From Bacteriovoracia bacterium (GTDB lineage: Bacteria > Bdellovibrionota > UBA1018 > JBFWNL01): a stretch of 64,000 nucleotides of DNA. Under the pieces are notes generated by a model that did no database searches, was not told the DNA's origin, and worked only from the letters and a program-made list of their open reading frames with translations. Positions 63,077 to 64,000 of the stretch are shown here, one piece after another; within the stretch, counting starts at the first letter, position 1; every line of letters begins with the position of its first letter. Where the stretch lies: NCBI GenBank assembly GCA_050251055.1, contig JBFWNL010000003.1, forward strand, positions 192,001 through 256,000. The letters run 5' to 3'. A program made the translations under genes and the position numbers.

Positions 63077-64000
63077 ATGGCTTTTAAGTTCTTTGATAGC
63101 GCCTCGACCACTCGCTGTTGCGACGCCGCTACCCGCGTGCTTCGTCAATTCAGTGACGAGGATTACGGAAATCCGTCCTCCAGTCACGCGATGGGCGAGA
63201 AAGCCTCACAGGCGATCCGAGACGCTCGCCAATTTTTCGCGCGTTACTTCCAGGTCCAGCCCGACCAAGTGATTTTCACCGGCAGCGGCAGCGAGTCCGA
63301 CAACCTTGCCGTCTGCGGTGTCGCCATGGCCGCGATGGCCGAACCCAAGCACCGGCCCACCGATCCGGCCCCGATGCGGGTGATCGCCTCCTGCATCGAG
63401 CACCCGGCCGTTAAAAGCGCGGTCGAGTCACTCAAAGCCTTCGGGTTCGACGTTCAATTCGTAAAAGTCGATCAGGATGGCAAGATCAATGAGCAGATGC
63501 TCGATGAGATGCTCACGCCGGCAACCCTGCTCGTGAGCATCATGACCGTGAACAACATCGTGGGCTCCGTGCAAGACATCGAAGGCTTAGCCAAGAAAGT
63601 GAAGGCGAAGGTTCCCCACGCGATTTTCCACACCGACGCCGTCCAGGCCTTTGGAAAAGTCGATATCCCGCGCGCGCCTTCGGCGGTGGACCTCGTTTCG
63701 ATCTCTGGCCATAAAGTGTACGGTCCCAAGGGTATCGGCGCACTCATCGCGCTGAACCCGACCCTCATGAAAACCGGGCGTTTGCGTCCGCTCATCTGGG
63801 GCGGCGGCCAAGAGGGCGGATGGCGCTCCGGCACCCAAAACGCGGGGCTCATCGGCGGGTTTCACGCCGCGGCCGCGCACATGATCGAGAATCGCCAGCA
63901 CTTCCAAGAACACACGGCCCGCCTACGCGATCATTTTAAGAAGTCGCTCGAGTCCCGGGGCCTCCTCACGAGCGACGCAAAATCACCGCTGCACTGGAAC
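63077..64000 (+). CDS. Cysteine desulfurase (IscS/NifS family), runs off the right edge
   Basis: Read manually from ATG 63077: MAFKFFDSASTT, YGNPSSSH, FTGSGSESDN, IEHPAV, HTDAVQAFGK, SGHKVYGPKG, RSGTQN. Confidence 0.92.
   Translation, partial: MAFKFFDSASTTRCCDAATRVLRQFSDEDYGNPSSSHAMGEKASQAIRDARQFFARYFQVQPDQVIFTGSGSESDNLAVCGVAMAAMAEPKHRPTDPAPMRVIASCIEHPAVKSAVESLKAFGFDVQFVKVDQDGKINEQMLDEMLTPATLLVSIMTVNNIVGSVQDIEGLAKKVKAKVPHAIFHTDAVQAFGKVDIPRAPSAVDLVSISGHKVYGPKGIGALIALNPTLMKTGRLRPLIWGGGQEGGWRSGTQNAGLIGGFHAAAAHMIENRQHFQEHTARLRDHFKKSLESRGLLTSDAKSPLHWN

Noticed and set aside
1-64000. CRISPR arrays, tRNA/rRNA genes, IS elements, prophage
   Set aside because: No spaced direct repeats, cloverleaf or rRNA signatures, transposases or phage genes recognised by eye; intergenic gaps are short.

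Overview
GC-rich, gene-dense chromosomal window whose gene content points to a predatory Bdellovibrionota-like bacterium (inference). No rRNA, tRNA, CRISPR array or mobile element was recognised. The centrepiece is a ~17 kb minus-strand cluster (33476-50571). It joins a Tad/Flp pilus (Flp, four more pilin-like proteins, prepilin peptidase, CpaB, secretin, fused TadZ-TadA ATPase, TadB, TadC) to three membrane-anchored FHA proteins, a catalytically degenerate PP2C phosphatase, DUF192 and a toxin-less secreted YD/RHS protein. Two tiny secreted proteins follow it, each with its own near-perfect sigma-54 promoter and a shared 19-bp upstream element, then cheY and a CNNM/CorC pair. This matches the layout of the Bdellovibrio 'hit' locus fused to a Kil-like FHA module. 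The left arm encodes an export-rich block: a 1097-aa unknown protein abutting a 1103-aa subtilase, a Tyr-rich lipoprotein, a second subtilase and an OmpA lipoprotein. The rest is housekeeping and regulation: ddl, gdhA, a sigma-54 two-component system, a MinD-like ATPase with a J-like/HTH partner, rluD-pgeF-lon, Opp-type permeases with nagZ, prpDBC, a PocR-domain sigma-54 activator and a partial cysteine desulfurase. All family calls come from motif recognition by eye, not database searches.
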